Positions 26,381 through 35,162 of a DNA stretch of 41,117 nucleotides are shown in pieces. Origin of the DNA: Candidatus Cloacimonadota bacterium (GTDB lineage: Bacteria > Cloacimonadota > Cloacimonadia > JGIOTU-2); the NCBI GenBank assembly GCA_021160355.1, contig JAGHCS010000123.1, forward strand, positions 1 through 41,117, in the 5' to 3' direction. A program made the position numbers and the translations under genes. Numbering within the stretch: the stretch's first letter is position 1; every line of letters starts with the position of its first letter. Below the pieces are notes generated by a model, which was given only the letters and a program-made list of their open reading frames with translations, did not search any database and was not told where the DNA came from.

Positions 26381-27267
26381 TATTTATCTCCTCTATGATA
26401 TGCAAATTTTCGAATTGGTAACCAGTTGTCAAGAAGACCCACAACTGTAATCACTAGTAATAATATATAACTGAATAGTGGGATTATCATCATGACAATT
26501 CCCAGAAATTTACTCCGTTTCATCATTGACTCTACATAACAATATAGCACCGAATAACCCTGAATGAGATAGAGAAGTCCGACAATAAACAACACATTAT
26601 AGCTGATAAATCTAAACTTGATAATGAATAGAATCAATCCAAGTGCAATTCCCGATTGAATATAATAGGGGAATTTTATCTTGTTGAAATGCCATTTGAT
26701 AGAGCTTCGTTTAGAAAAAATAAGTGCACCCGCAAAGATGCCGACTATGATGCTGATCATCCACAAGGATGCGTTGCCGTAGATCATAATATTCTTCATT
26801 GATTCAAGCGCAGGATACATTGATTCTATCATCTCGGGTGAAAAAACACTCTCGATACTGCCCATGAAGAGTTGATTGCTTTCTTCAGCCAGCAGTTTTA
26901 TATAAGGAAAGAAAAAGAGGTTTTTTAAGACAATGAAGAGTAAGCCGGGAACGAGCGCAATAAGGAAAGCCGGCTCATACTTTTTATAGCGGTGAAGTGC
27001 TGAAGCAAATACGATTGGGCTTACGCCGATACATATCCAGATCTCCAGAGCCTGGAATAAGGGAAGCAGCTTTACAATAACGAGTAGTGCACAAATCGCT
27101 GTAAATATTCCCAGGTAGTGGAGAAGAGCAGGAGATTTCGATGTGCTCGGGACCTCCTGCTCATCTGCTGCAAAAATCAGTTTTGTAACAAAAGGAACAG
27201 CAATAAGGAGTGCAAAGAACCTGGAAAAGAGCGCAACAACCGCTATAAGAACGCAGTAGAGAATCAT
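26380..27267 (-). CDS. Polytopic membrane protein between rpsR and rplI (YybS/DUF2232-like by position)
   Basis: 295 aa with 7 or more hydrophobic helices. Occupies the slot held by yybS in Firmicutes-type rpsF-ssb-rpsR-...-rplI clusters. The family call rests on context only. Confidence 0.5.
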   Translation of the reverse strand: MILYCVLIAVVALFSRFFALLIAVPFVTKLIFAADEQEVPSTSKSPALLHYLGIFTAICALLVIVKLLPLFQALEIWICIGVSPIVFASALHRYKKYEPAFLIALVPGLLFIVLKNLFFFPYIKLLAEESNQLFMGSIESVFSPEMIESMYPALESMKNIMIYGNASLWMISIIVGIFAGALIFSKRSSIKWHFNKIKFPYYIQSGIALGLILFIIKFRFISYNVLFIVGLLYLIQGYSVLYCYVESMMKRSKFLGIVMMIIPLFSYILLLVITVVGLLDNWLPIRKFAYHRGDK

Positions 27268-27282
27268 CAGTATCAGATATTC

Positions 27283-27507
27283 TTAGCCGATATAGGGCAG
27301 AAGCGACATTTGACGAGCCCGTTTGATTTCACGAGCAAGTTTTCTTTGGTGTTTACTGCAGGTACCTGTGATCTTTCTCGGTATGATTTTTCCTGACTCA
27401 ATGATGTATTTGCGTAAGACATCTGTGTTTTTATAATCAATTTCAGTGTCGGGATATTTGCAGAATTTGCAATATCTTTTTCGCATGTTTTTTTTTTGGT
27501 ATCTCAT
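27283..27507 (-). CDS. rpsR: 30S ribosomal protein S18
   Basis: 74 aa. [53 protein letters not shown]. Confidence 0.95.
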   Translation of the reverse strand: MRYQKKNMRKRYCKFCKYPDTEIDYKNTDVLRKYIIESGKIIPRKITGTCSKHQRKLAREIKRARQMSLLPYIG

Positions 27508-27531
27508 GTTCTGTTAGATCTCCAATCTTGT

Positions 27532-27951
27532 TTAGAAGGGTATGTCGTCATCGGATTCCTTGTCTTCAGCAACGCTTTTTTGTTCCTTTTCGCCTTCTTG
27601 AACTTCTCTTTCGAGATTCTGGATCCTATTCGCAACTATCTCTACGGTAGTGCGGGTATTTTCCTCTTTATCCTGCCATGTTCGTGATTGAAGTGTTCCT
27701 TCAATAATGACAGGAGAGCCCTTTGAGAGCGTCTCGGAAGCTCGTTCTGCAAGACGAGCCCAGGCAACGATACGAAAGAAACTCGTTTCGGTTTGCCAGT
27801 TGTTGTCAGAATCACGGTACACCCTGTCAACCGCAATGCTCATTGAGGCAACGGGTGTTCCAGAGCCAGTATAACGAAGTTCGACATCCCGTGTTAATCG
27901 TCCGGAGACGATAACATTATTAATTCTCGGCAGATTAAGTTTTTTTGCCAT
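27532..27951 (-). CDS. ssb: Single-stranded DNA-binding protein
   Basis: 139 aa. OB-fold N-terminus INNVIVSGRLTRDVELRYT and acidic C-terminal tip DDDIPF. Confidence 0.95.
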   Translation of the reverse strand: MAKKLNLPRINNVIVSGRLTRDVELRYTGSGTPVASMSIAVDRVYRDSDNNWQTETSFFRIVAWARLAERASETLSKGSPVIIEGTLQSRTWQDKEENTRTTVEIVANRIQNLEREVQEGEKEQKSVAEDKESDDDIPF

Positions 27952-28010
27952 TTTGATCTCCTCCCTCCTCTAAATTGCATGTTACAGCAACTTAGAAAGC
28001 AAAGGGTTTT

Positions 28011-28301
28011 TTAATTTTTTTCTTTTTTAATGACGTTAAATCTTATAATATTTTCGTTCAGGCGATAGAGATTTTCAAGAGCATCTATGTGATGTGGTTC
28101 AAGGGAGAAGTACAGAATTACATAATAGCCCTCGGATTGTTTTTCAATCTCGTAGGCAAGTCTGCGTAATCCCCAGATGTTCACATTATCAATTTCAGCT
28201 TCGCGTTCTGTAAGAAAATTTTTGACTGTTTCGATTGTCTGGTCTGTTTCTTCTTCAGAAAGAGGTTTGATGACGATCATCGATTCGTAGGATTTTTTCA
28301 T
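28011..28301 (-). CDS. rpsF: 30S ribosomal protein S6
   Basis: 96 aa. YESMIVIKP...WGLRRLAYEI is typical S6. First gene of the rpsF-ssb-rpsR block. Confidence 0.9.
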   Translation of the reverse strand: MKKSYESMIVIKPLSEEETDQTIETVKNFLTEREAEIDNVNIWGLRRLAYEIEKQSEGYYVILYFSLEPHHIDALENLYRLNENIIRFNVIKKEKN

Positions 28302-28348
28302 AGCATTCCTTTCGGTTTTATTTTCCGCTCAAGCGGAAGTGCAATCCG

Positions 28349-28936
28349 TCATTCCACGGATAAGGAACAGAGCCTGCTGTATGCAGTGCTCATTTTTTCA
28401 TAATTTTGATATATAAAATATGATGTCAATTCTACCGCTGTTGGGATGATCTCCTGAACTTGTTTGTTTTCTTCTTCCAGGAAATTCATTAACACGAATT
28501 CTTCCAGAGGTATAGTAAGCTCGGAAGCAGATTCGTGAATTTCTGGGAGAATGCCAACACGCATTCGGGGAAAATTCTCAGAGTCCAATAACTCGATCAC
28601 AGATTTCAGTCCGTTATGTCCTGCATCCGAACCTCTGCGGCGGATTCTGATCTTTCCCAGCGGAATGTGCACATCATCTAATATTATTAAAAGATCACTT
28701 TTTTTTATATCGAATTCCTTCATGACAGATGACACTGCCAGTCCGGAAAGATTCATATAGGTGAGGGCTTTAAGAAAAAACCACTCATCTTTTCGGGCGA
28801 GAAGATAGTTCTTGGACTTTTTATAAGGTGGAACCCGTAACTTTTCACAAACGGCATCAAGTATCATAAATCCGATATTATGCCGCGTGGATTCGTATTC
28901 AGGTCCCGGATTTCCAAGCCCGACTATTAATTTCAC
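28349..28936 (-). CDS. pth: Peptidyl-tRNA hydrolase
   Basis: 195 aa. MKLIVGLGNPGPEYESTRHNIGF and GSDAGHNGLKS. Confidence 0.95.
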   Translation of the reverse strand: MKLIVGLGNPGPEYESTRHNIGFMILDAVCEKLRVPPYKKSKNYLLARKDEWFFLKALTYMNLSGLAVSSVMKEFDIKKSDLLIILDDVHIPLGKIRIRRRGSDAGHNGLKSVIELLDSENFPRMRVGILPEIHESASELTIPLEEFVLMNFLEEENKQVQEIIPTAVELTSYFIYQNYEKMSTAYSRLCSLSVE

Positions 28937-28951
28937 GTATATAATTCTTGT

Positions 28952-29596
28952 TTATTCTGCCGATTCTTTCTCAGCAGTTTCTGCACTTTCTTCTTCAGCA
29001 CCTTCAGCAGCTTCTTCACCCTCAAGCTCTTCTTCAACTTCTTCAACTTCCATCTTAGGAGCTAATATTGAAACCAGGGTTGTGTTTGATGGCTGGAGGA
29101 ATTCTACATCAGGATACTTCTCCTGAATATCTTCAATATGAACCGAATCACCAATCTGAAGTTCGGATACATCAACCTCAATAACGTCCGGAAGGTTTTT
29201 GGGCATACAGCGGATTTGAAGCTCACGAATACCAGTATCTATCATGCCGCCTTCCTTAATTCCGGGGGCATCACCAAGGGTGACAACAGGGATTTCGACA
29301 TCAAGACTTTGTCCGGCAGTAACTTCCTGAAAATCGAGATGTACGATTTCTCTGGTGACAGGATCAATTTGCATATCGCGCACAAGGCATCTATGCTCTT
29401 TTTTCCCTATTTGAAGGAAAACAAAACTTTGATGACCGAGACTTTCTTTATAATAATGATAGAAATCCGTATACTCAATTTCAAGTGGTACGGTTTCCAT
29501 GCCACTTCCGTACAAAACTGATGGAATTTTATTTTCGCTGCGAACTAATTTTGCAGCTTTTTTTCCAGTTTCTCTTTTTACAGCTTTAATTTTCAT
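28952..29596 (-). CDS. rplY: 50S ribosomal protein L25/general stress protein Ctc
   Basis: 214 aa. L25 N-domain (RETGKKAAKLVRSENKIPSVLYG), Ctc-type beta-domain and an acidic E-rich tail. Confidence 0.85.
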   Translation of the reverse strand: MKIKAVKRETGKKAAKLVRSENKIPSVLYGSGMETVPLEIEYTDFYHYYKESLGHQSFVFLQIGKKEHRCLVRDMQIDPVTREIVHLDFQEVTAGQSLDVEIPVVTLGDAPGIKEGGMIDTGIRELQIRCMPKNLPDVIEVDVSELQIGDSVHIEDIQEKYPDVEFLQPSNTTLVSILAPKMEVEEVEEELEGEEAAEGAEEESAETAEKESAE

Positions 29597-29599
29597 AAT

Positions 29600-30571
29600 T
29601 TATATAACCTCATCTTCTATATCTTCTATTTTGAATAAGACGCTTACCGATTCCTCGTTATGGATTCTCAAGATCGCTTGAGAAAGAAGAGATGCAATAG
29701 AGAGTTGCTTTATCTTTGAGCTTTTATTTTTCTTTTCGCCAAGAGGAATAGAATCAGTAACAACTAATTCATATATATTGGATTTATCAATTCTTTCCAC
29801 TGCATCGCCGCTTAAGACCGCATGGGTACAGGCACAATAGACCTTTTTGGCACCTTCATTTTTAAGAGCGTCAGCCATTTTGATGACAGAATTTCCGGAA
29901 TCGATAATATCGTCAATGATTATGGTGTTTTTATTTTTCACTTCACCAACAACGTTAAGAAGCTCCAGCTTTCCCTTATTTCCCAGACGACGCTTGTCAC
30001 CAATAGCAATAGTTGCGTTGAGTCCCTTGCCAAGCATTCGAGCTCTCTGCGTACCGCCAGTATCAGGCGCAACTACCACGCAATCTTTAAGATTAAGAGG
30101 TTGGAAATAACTGAGAAATATTGGCAGCATGGAAAGGTGGTCTACTGGAATATCAAAGAATCCCTGGATCTGTTCTGCATGAAGATCGAAAGTAACCACT
30201 CGATTGGCACCGGCAACAGTAAGAAGGTTTGCCACAAGTTTTGCAGTTATTGGTACGCGAGGCTGATCTTTCTTATCAGAACGGGCATATCCGTAGTACG
30301 GTATAACAGCAGTAATCCTGCCAGCAGAAGCCCTATGCAGTGCATCAATCATGATAAGAAGTTCCATAAGATTGTCGTTGACCGGCATACAGATCGGCTG
30401 AACGATAAAAACATCCGTACCTCTCACATTATCCAGGACTTTCACAAAAGTATTATCATTTGAGAATTTGAAAACCTCGGCGCGACTGAGAGGTAATCCT
30501 GCATGTTCAGCAACCTTTTGAGCTAATTCCGGATTAGAATTTCCTGTAAAAATATGAATTTTTGATTTCAT
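29600..30571 (-). CDS. prs: Ribose-phosphate pyrophosphokinase
   Basis: 323 aa. IFTGNSNPELA, YYGYARSDKK, DLHAEQIQGFF, IIDDIIDSGNS. Confidence 0.95.
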   Translation of the reverse strand: MKSKIHIFTGNSNPELAQKVAEHAGLPLSRAEVFKFSNDNTFVKVLDNVRGTDVFIVQPICMPVNDNLMELLIMIDALHRASAGRITAVIPYYGYARSDKKDQPRVPITAKLVANLLTVAGANRVVTFDLHAEQIQGFFDIPVDHLSMLPIFLSYFQPLNLKDCVVVAPDTGGTQRARMLGKGLNATIAIGDKRRLGNKGKLELLNVVGEVKNKNTIIIDDIIDSGNSVIKMADALKNEGAKKVYCACTHAVLSGDAVERIDKSNIYELVVTDSIPLGEKKNKSSKIKQLSIASLLSQAILRIHNEESVSVLFKIEDIEDEVI

Positions 30572-30574
30572 GAA

Positions 30575-31459
30575 TTAATTCTCTATTTGCTCTATTTTGG
30601 TTTCAAATAACCAGTAATTATATTTTTCGAAAAACTTTTTTGCGACCAGAAGCTTTTCTTGCGAAGAAAAAATTCCGAAAACTGTTGAACCACTTCCTGA
30701 CATTAAGCTTCCGATTGCACCCAAATGAATAAGGTGATTTTTGATATCCTGCAATATAGGGTAATGAGCAAAGACCCCTTGTTCAAGTCCATTGTACAGG
30801 TTTTTGCAAATTGCCGTGATGTCGTTGTTGATTATTGCATCGATCATTGCCGTTTTCTTCTCTACGTTAGGTTTGCTGATTACAGACCATGAGTAGGCAT
30901 TCCTGCTGGCGATCTCAATACCGGGATTTACAAGGAGGATGTTCTCAATATTTGGAGTATGAAAAGTGTCCTTGACAATCTCACCTCTTCCACAGAGAAG
31001 AGCAGTTTTATTATCCAAAAAGAAATTGATATCACTCCCAAAAAGCGATACAATCCTGTGCAAATCAGCAAGCGATAGATTGAGATTCCACAATGAATTC
31101 AGAACCTGAATTGTGAGTGCAGCATTTGAGCTGCCGCCACCCAATCCAGCAGAGAGAGGGATGTTCTTTTTTAGTTTAATTTCAACACCATTTTTCACAT
31201 TATATGTATCTTTTAAAAAACAAGCGATTTTGTAAATAATATTCTCTGATTCTTGAAGTGTGTCAGAGGTGCAATAAATTTTTACCTCAGATTTATATGT
31301 CAATCTAAATATCAGATGGTCTGCAAGGGAGATAGGCGCAATAATGGTTTCAACTTCGTGAAAGCCATCATCCCTTTTCTGAATGATATCAAGAAAGAGA
31401 TTAAGCTTTGCCCGAGAGTCTTGAGTGACCTTGACTTTTTCTCTTTTTCTTTTTTGCAC
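30575..31459 (-). CDS. ispE: 4-(cytidine 5'-diphospho)-2-C-methyl-D-erythritol kinase
   Basis: 294 aa. AKLNLFLDI and GHMP kinase motif IPLSAGLGGGSSNAA. No alternative in-frame ATG/GTG/TTG lies before the conserved AKLNLFL, so the 59-nt overlap with the upstream Wzc-like gene appears real. Confidence 0.85.
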   Translation of the reverse strand: MQKRKREKVKVTQDSRAKLNLFLDIIQKRDDGFHEVETIIAPISLADHLIFRLTYKSEVKIYCTSDTLQESENIIYKIACFLKDTYNVKNGVEIKLKKNIPLSAGLGGGSSNAALTIQVLNSLWNLNLSLADLHRIVSLFGSDINFFLDNKTALLCGRGEIVKDTFHTPNIENILLVNPGIEIASRNAYSWSVISKPNVEKKTAMIDAIINNDITAICKNLYNGLEQGVFAHYPILQDIKNHLIHLGAIGSLMSGSGSTVFGIFSSQEKLLVAKKFFEKYNYWLFETKIEQIEN

Positions 31460-33686
31460 CTTTTTCGTCGTCGGCGTAGTAATAATAGTAGTAGTAATAG
31501 TAATATTTATATCCGCTATAATATTTTTTTACTTCGATACCGTTTACCACAACACCAGCAACCTTCACATCAATATTATGAAGTAGGCTTTTCGCCTGCT
31601 CAATGATCTCTCGCTCAGTAGAATTAACACGGATGACGAGCAAGAGCTGATCTACTTTTTTGGAAAGGATCAAGGCATCGGTCACGGCAATAATGGGCGG
31701 GGAGTCCACGATAATGAAATCATATTCCTCACGCAATTTTGCAAAGAGGTCATCCATTTTTTTAGATGAAAGCAGTTCAGAAGGATTCGGGGGAACATGA
31801 CCGGCAGTGATGATATCAAGATTATCCATGCCTGAAGGTTTAATAATATCGTGTATGTCGATATTGTCTGTTGTTAAAAATTTTGAAAGTCCGTTTTCCC
31901 TGGAAACTATAAAAAGATTATGTATCATTGGGCGTCGCATATCGCAGTCGACCAGAACGGTCTTTGAGCGCATTTGAGAGAGCGTGATCGCCAAGTTGCC
32001 GCTGGATGTCGACTTACCTTCTTTAGGGCCAGAGCTTGTGACAAGAAATATCCTTCCGTCACCAGGCACCTTGGCTGGTAATGAGACGGCATTTGTTCTG
32101 AAGGTTCTGTATGCTTCCGCAATAGGTGATTTCGGACTATAATGAGGAACAAGACGAGCGACCATCTGCCGTTGCGTTGTAGTCAGCTCCCCAAGTTTTT
32201 GTTTATCCTTTTCCTTACTCATCTTATCTTCAATATCGGCAAGGTGCTTTTCATCAAGAGGAATGTCTGGAATCGTACCAAGTATGGGCAATTTTACATA
32301 TCTCTCCACATCAGAAAGATTATTTATTTTTGTATTAAGTGATTCAAGCAGGAATGCAGCTCCTATGCCAAGACCAAGTCCGAGTAATAAACCAATAAGG
32401 ATGTTCATTTTTACTTTAGGGGAGACCGGTGATTCTGGAAGATTAGCACGGTTTATGATCCTGATATTGCTGAGCTTTCCTTCTTCAGAAATCTTTGCTT
32501 CTTCATAACGCTGCACAAGCATACTGTAGACTTCTTCATTGATTGCTTTGGATCTTTCCAGTCTTGCGAGCTCTAGTTCTGCATCAGGAAGCCCGGACAT
32601 TCTTACAGAATAATCTTCTACAACAGTCTCAAGTCCCGCAACTTTAGCTGTAGCAGTTTGGAAATTAACTTCTGTAGAGATGATCTCGGTGAATAATTTC
32701 TGCCTTCTATCAAGAGGATTGAAAGAATATTTGTTTACTTCAAGGATTTTATCTATTTCAGATTTCATCTGGCGCTTGATATTATCTATTTCGTTTTGAA
32801 GGGAGATGAGTTGAGGGTGATTTTCTGTATAACCCTCTTTTGTCATGAGGATTGCAAGCTTGCTTTCATTTTCGATAAGTTTTTGACGCAATTGTTCTGA
32901 GACAGGAGATGAGATAGATTCCATTTCCTCGCCGAGTGCTTCATCTATCTTTTTAAGTTCCCCTTTCAGATAATTGAGCTTTTTTTCTACTATCTGTAAT
33001 TCTGTCTGTGCGGAACTCAATTGTGCCTCAAACTCAACCATATTAGTGATCATTTCTTTTGTTTCTTCAGAAAGAGCGAACACCTCATTTGCGATTTTGT
33101 ATGCACGGAGGTCTTCTTCAGAGATTGCTAATTTTTTAGAGGTCACATCGAGTTGTTTTTCCAGAAATTCCCGCACGCTTGTTACTTCAGCTCTGGCATA
33201 TTTCAGGCTTTCATCCTGATAGCTGTCCATAACTGCATTTACTACCGCTTGAGCTTCAGTTGGGTTTGTAGATTTAAAAACAACATCAACGATATCCACT
33301 TCTCGTTCTGCAGAAACATCAATTTCTTTTGCTAATATTCCGCTTGGATTATCCAAAGAAAGGATTGGGAAATTTTCAGCAAAGGGATTTCTTTTTAGTT
33401 TCTCAACAGCGCTTTCCATAACAGAGGGACTTTTTATTACTTCCATCTGGTTGTTGAGATCGTTTCGCCCAAATCCGCCGGTACTGAAAAAGAGGTCTGT
33501 CTGTTTGTTGAGTTCCAGGAGGATCTTTCCATTGCTTTCATAAATGCGAGGTGCACGGACTGTATAATATATTGTTGCAGCCATTACAACCACAAAAATA
33601 ATGGCAATAAGCTTTATATGTCTGAGGATTATTCTATAATAATCTCTTAGTTTAATTTCTTGTTCTTGTTCAGGAAATTGATCCAT
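31401..33686 (-). CDS. Wzc-like polysaccharide co-polymerase/bacterial tyrosine autokinase (fused periplasmic chain-length domain + cytoplasmic BY-kinase)
   Basis: 761 aa. N-terminal TM, long coiled-coil periplasmic region and a second TM (ILIGLLLGLGLGIGAAFLL). Walker A SSGPKEGKST, Walker A' VLVDCDMRRP, Walker B FIIVDSPP. C-terminal Tyr cluster KKYYSGYKYYYYYYYYYY. Confidence 0.85.
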   Translation of the reverse strand: MDQFPEQEQEIKLRDYYRIILRHIKLIAIIFVVVMAATIYYTVRAPRIYESNGKILLELNKQTDLFFSTGGFGRNDLNNQMEVIKSPSVMESAVEKLKRNPFAENFPILSLDNPSGILAKEIDVSAEREVDIVDVVFKSTNPTEAQAVVNAVMDSYQDESLKYARAEVTSVREFLEKQLDVTSKKLAISEEDLRAYKIANEVFALSEETKEMITNMVEFEAQLSSAQTELQIVEKKLNYLKGELKKIDEALGEEMESISSPVSEQLRQKLIENESKLAILMTKEGYTENHPQLISLQNEIDNIKRQMKSEIDKILEVNKYSFNPLDRRQKLFTEIISTEVNFQTATAKVAGLETVVEDYSVRMSGLPDAELELARLERSKAINEEVYSMLVQRYEEAKISEEGKLSNIRIINRANLPESPVSPKVKMNILIGLLLGLGLGIGAAFLLESLNTKINNLSDVERYVKLPILGTIPDIPLDEKHLADIEDKMSKEKDKQKLGELTTTQRQMVARLVPHYSPKSPIAEAYRTFRTNAVSLPAKVPGDGRIFLVTSSGPKEGKSTSSGNLAITLSQMRSKTVLVDCDMRRPMIHNLFIVSRENGLSKFLTTDNIDIHDIIKPSGMDNLDIITAGHVPPNPSELLSSKKMDDLFAKLREEYDFIIVDSPPIIAVTDALILSKKVDQLLLVIRVNSTEREIIEQAKSLLHNIDVKVAGVVVNGIEVKKYYSGYKYYYYYYYYYYADDEKGAKKKKRKSQGHSRLSGKA
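31476..31505 (-). repeat. (TAY)10 trinucleotide run encoding ten consecutive tyrosines
   Basis: Plus strand GTAGTAATAATAGTAGTAGTAATAGTAATA, which is TAC/TAT codons on the minus strand, in frame within the Wzc-like C-terminus. Confidence 0.9.
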
Positions 33687-33700
33687 ATGTCTCTCTCGAT

Positions 33701-34201
33701 CTATTTGTTTTGAATAGTCAAATACAGATTATAAATACTCAATACAGTTGCAAATTTAGCAAGAAAATCTGCAACCCGTTCCATACCATAGAAAACAGTT
33801 CCGGATACTACAACAGTATCTCCCGGTTTGAGAACTGGAATTATACCAAAATTACCAGTATCAAGATATTTTTTTACATTTACCCAAATTACTTCACCCC
33901 GACCCGTTTCTTTGCTGGGACGAACGATCCTGATTTTGGACAATTTTGCGTCTTCAGTAGGACCTCCGGCAAGTGACAAAAGAGTGAGTAGATCGGTGTC
34001 GTCGGGGACGAGGTAGAAACCCGGTTTACGAACTTGTCCCCATATCTGGGTGTAAATGCGCAACTGCTCTTCATCACCCATTGTGCCGGAATAAGAATAT
34101 GCCGAATTTGCGGTCGGAGAAGTTGTCGAAGGACTAACCTGTGCGAAACAGGCAGTACTAAGAACTATAAAACTAATTATTATTACAAAAAGGTGTTTCA
34201 T
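33701..34201 (-). CDS. Short Wza-like polysaccharide export protein (Poly_export + SLBB-like)
   Basis: 166 aa with signal peptide MKHLFVIIISFIVLSTACFA. ...VRKPGFYLVPDDTDLLTLLSLAGGPTEDA... and ...LKPGDTVVV... resemble the Wza family. 14-nt gap to the wzc-like gene. Confidence 0.7.
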   Translation of the reverse strand: MKHLFVIIISFIVLSTACFAQVSPSTTSPTANSAYSYSGTMGDEEQLRIYTQIWGQVRKPGFYLVPDDTDLLTLLSLAGGPTEDAKLSKIRIVRPSKETGRGEVIWVNVKKYLDTGNFGIIPVLKPGDTVVVSGTVFYGMERVADFLAKFATVLSIYNLYLTIQNK

Positions 34202-34228
34202 CTGAACTCCCTTTACTAGTGTGGATGT

Positions 34229-34248
34229 AAATTTTCAATTGAAAATTT
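34229..34248. repeat. Perfect 20-bp palindrome in the lipoprotein/wza intergenic spacer
   Basis: AAATTTTCAATTGAAAATTT equals its own reverse complement. Lies 28 nt upstream of the wza-like start. Confidence 0.8.
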
Positions 34249-34261
34249 TCCGTCAATTTAT

Positions 34262-35032
34262 TTATTGAGTAAAATTAATAATGCGCTCATCAGATTCCGA
34301 ACCTACTGCTTCACTTATTATAAAGAAAGCGTCAATTCTCCAGATATAACTGTAGCCGGGAATGGGAACAAAATCAATCTCAGAGATATTAAAACTTGTA
34401 TCACCGACATTTAAATTTTTTGAATATACAAGGCTGTGTGTTGTATCATAGAAGAGTATTCTATAAGTGTAGCCCAATCCGTCCCATGAAAAATCTATTG
34501 ATTCATTTACAGAAAAAGTGCCATTATTTATCGGAGCCTGCAAACCGGGCACTTCAATAAGTCTGTAGGAGACTGTATCAGAATTTGTGGAGTTTCCTGC
34601 CTCATCAAAAGGAATAATGAAGTATGACCATGTTTTTTGAATGACCGGTTCCTCATATCCTATAAATTTATCATAGTAGGTTGAAGAGTCTGGAATAAAA
34701 GGAATTTGTTCGACAAATGCAGTGTCCCCGTATTCATTAAATCGCCAAATCTCAATATGATGAATATCACCATCCTTTTGCAGGGGAGTGTCATCCCACT
34801 GGATTTTCATCCAGTTATAGGTAAGATTACCACCTGCGGGATAGGCATCGATACCATTATTTTTGTCCGTATAAGCGCACTCCGGATCACCGGGATCGCA
34901 TTTATGGGGTGTCATTGTTACCTTTGAAGGGGGTATGATGTCGTCATTCTCAGCCTTGTCATAACTGCATGCATATGATATGACAACAATGAAAAATATA
35001 AGAGCCGCATATAACCATTTCATACTTTTCAT
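34262..35032 (-). CDS. Hypothetical lipoprotein/secreted protein
   Basis: 256 aa. N-terminal hydrophobic segment followed by ISYACS (possible lipobox Cys). Beta-rich sequence, no family recognised. First gene of the wza/wzc-containing transcription unit. Confidence 0.55.
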   Translation of the reverse strand: MKSMKWLYAALIFFIVVISYACSYDKAENDDIIPPSKVTMTPHKCDPGDPECAYTDKNNGIDAYPAGGNLTYNWMKIQWDDTPLQKDGDIHHIEIWRFNEYGDTAFVEQIPFIPDSSTYYDKFIGYEEPVIQKTWSYFIIPFDEAGNSTNSDTVSYRLIEVPGLQAPINNGTFSVNESIDFSWDGLGYTYRILFYDTTHSLVYSKNLNVGDTSFNISEIDFVPIPGYSYIWRIDAFFIISEAVGSESDERIINFTQ

Positions 35033-35162
35033 TTGTTATTTGTAACGATTTGCTGTCAAACTTTTTAATAAGTATCTAAGATAATTTCAATATGAAAAAA
35101 TTGACGAAAATTACCGTACTCTACAAACAAACATACACATAAATTGTTTTTTAGGAGCATCT

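Noticed and set aside
28323-28338. Hairpin TTCCGC-TCAA-GCGGAA between pth and rpsF. Considered as a terminator or an S6:S18 autoregulatory leader.
   Set aside because: On the transcribed (minus) strand it is followed by AAUAAAA rather than a U-run. The 47-nt spacer is too short for me to match it to the known rpsF leader structure by eye.
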